NCBI GenBank assembly: GCA_963575745.1 | Contig: CAUYUJ010000148.1 | Coordinates: 1-64,000, forward strand | Origin: Prorocentrum cordatum | Lineage: Eukaryota | Direction: 5' to 3' | DNA: 64,000 nucleotides | Shown here: positions 62,451-64,000 of the stretch, piece by piece | How positions within the stretch are numbered: the first letter of the stretch is position 1 | Layout of the letters: the number at the start of each line of letters is the position of its first letter | Translations under genes and position numbers: made by a program | Notes under the pieces: model-generated | Database searches by the model: none | What the model was told of the DNA's origin: nothing | What the model saw: only the letters and a program-made list of their open reading frames with translations

Positions 62451-63661
62451 CTGGGCTGTCTGGCGGCGCGCATGGGGGGAGGCCTAGCGCGAGGGGAGAG
62501 CGCCACGCGACGACAGAGGGCAAGATTCAAGGGGCCCAGGGAGACGCAAATCCGCCGACCCTTCGGCGTTTGTGAGATGTTGCCGTCGTCTTCGTCGTCG
62601 CCGTCGTCGTCGTGGTCGTCAGTCCCGAGAAAGCTGAGGAACGTTACGGGGAAAAGAAACGTCGTAGTTAAAACGATTCCCCCCCCCTCCTTTCCTTCCC
62701 TGAAAGGGGGCGGGGCACGGCGGGGGGGTAAAGAGGGGGGCGTCCCAGGTCACGTTATCGCCCCGCGAGGGTCCCGGCGGGTCCCCGGGGGTGCTTCCAC
62801 CCGTTGGACAAGAGGGACTGCAAGAACAGGTTCCCCCTGTGGGGGCCAGCCCCGGCCCCGGTCCTGGCCCGGAGGGCCCCAGTCCTGGCCTCAGGTCGGG
62901 CGTCCTCCTGCAGGTGGATTCTGACAGGAAAGTTAGAAATACCCCAAATTAATCCAAAAAAGGCCAGACATGCTAGAAAGATTGTCCCCTGACTATTTTT
63001 TCATATATTTGTGAATATTTCTCCGGTAGAGGGACGTGCCCGACTTCATCCTGGCTCCGGCCGTGACCCCGGCCGTGGCCCCGGCCATGACCCCAGCTCC
63101 AGCCCTGGCCTCGGCCCCAGGGTCCTGCAGGGGGGGTTCCAAGAGAGGTCCCGCCTTTCGGGTCGGCAGCACCAGCCGCAATGCCTTCACAACAGATTTC
63201 CACAGACCGCAAGATGCCTTCTGTTCTGAAATATCATCTGGATGTTCCTCTCCCCTTCCAGTTCCCATATACCCACATCCGTGGGAATCCACGTTCAGCT
63301 CTGTCTGTGCCTATTTCTCCCTCCTACGAGATGTCTATCAATTTCAACTGCGTCTTGGAGTTTACAGCTCCCTGCCCATAAACAAGGTGTGCAGTGGGCA
63401 CATGCTTTCCCCATAACAACTTCAACTCGGTCTACTGGCGCCCCTTACCAGAACGTCCAACACGCTATGGAACTGGAGACCACTCTTGTACGCAGACGTT
63501 TTGGAGGCGGGGGCGTCCCCTGCAGGAAGCAGAAAAAAGGCTTTCACTGAATGGCCCAAGGGGCTCAACAAAAAAGGGCTTTTGAAAAGCGGACTCCGCG
63601 GACCCCCCCCCGCGTTCTCAGGAGGCGCCCCCACTGGCGCCGCCCCCCTTGGGCGCGCCGC

Positions 63662-63935
63662 CACGCTGTATGCCGCGAAGCTCCATGTCTTCTACCAGTA
63701 CCAGCGCCTCCTTCCAGCGCGGTTCCTCCAGGAGAGAATCGATGCAGCACGCGCTCGCCGCGCTGGCGAACGTGATGGCGTCGCGCTCCACGCCGCTGCG
63801 AACGGCCACTGCGAGGAAGCTCAGCGCGCCGCGCCACTCCGAAGCTTCGCTGCAGGCGCTGATGATGGCGTTCTGCATGACGCGGTCTGGCAGCAGGCCG
63901 GCCTGTCGCGTCACCTGCTCGAAAGCCTGAGCAGC
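63662..63935 (-). CDS. PPR protein exon (3' end approximate; the gene continues beyond the window)
   Basis: ccaAG|G acceptor. AAQAFEQVTRQAGLLPDRVMQNAIISACSEASEWRGALSFL...RDAITFASAASAC...WKEALVLVEDMELRG contains two PPR motifs. Confidence 0.85.
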
Positions 63936-64000
63936 CTTGGCACGGGGGAAACCGGAGTTTCACGTTCGATCGGGCATGCCCCCCTACAGGCGAATTTTGG

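Overview
This is repeat-dense, GC-rich eukaryotic DNA, most likely a dinoflagellate nuclear genome. The evidence is PPR micro-exons with AG|GC and AG|GA donors and AG|G acceptors, plus the transposon types present; Prorocentrum-like is my inference. Most ORFs in the supplied track are artefacts of microsatellites and minisatellites. The supported content is: (i) a minus-strand, multi-exon pentatricopeptide-repeat (PPR) gene at about 50.9-63.9 kb, with five consecutive exons that splice in frame; (ii) inside its 7.5-kb intron, a decayed tyrosine-recombinase retroelement carrying a C5 DNA-methyltransferase domain and split direct repeats (A...B-A-B), plus a GIY-YIG, Penelope-like relic; (iii) four LINE relics with APE endonuclease, RT, RNase H or ORF1 parts; (iv) several non-autonomous element families with hairpin heads, asymmetric sub-terminal inverted repeats and T-run insertion sites (Helentron/HINE-like), each carrying a different satellite array; (v) MITE- or SINE-like insertions and many micro- and minisatellites. 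Two of the transposon relics show a marked T>C / A>G erosion of catalytic motifs. No rRNA, tRNA or CRISPR array was found. All calls are by eye and no database search was run.
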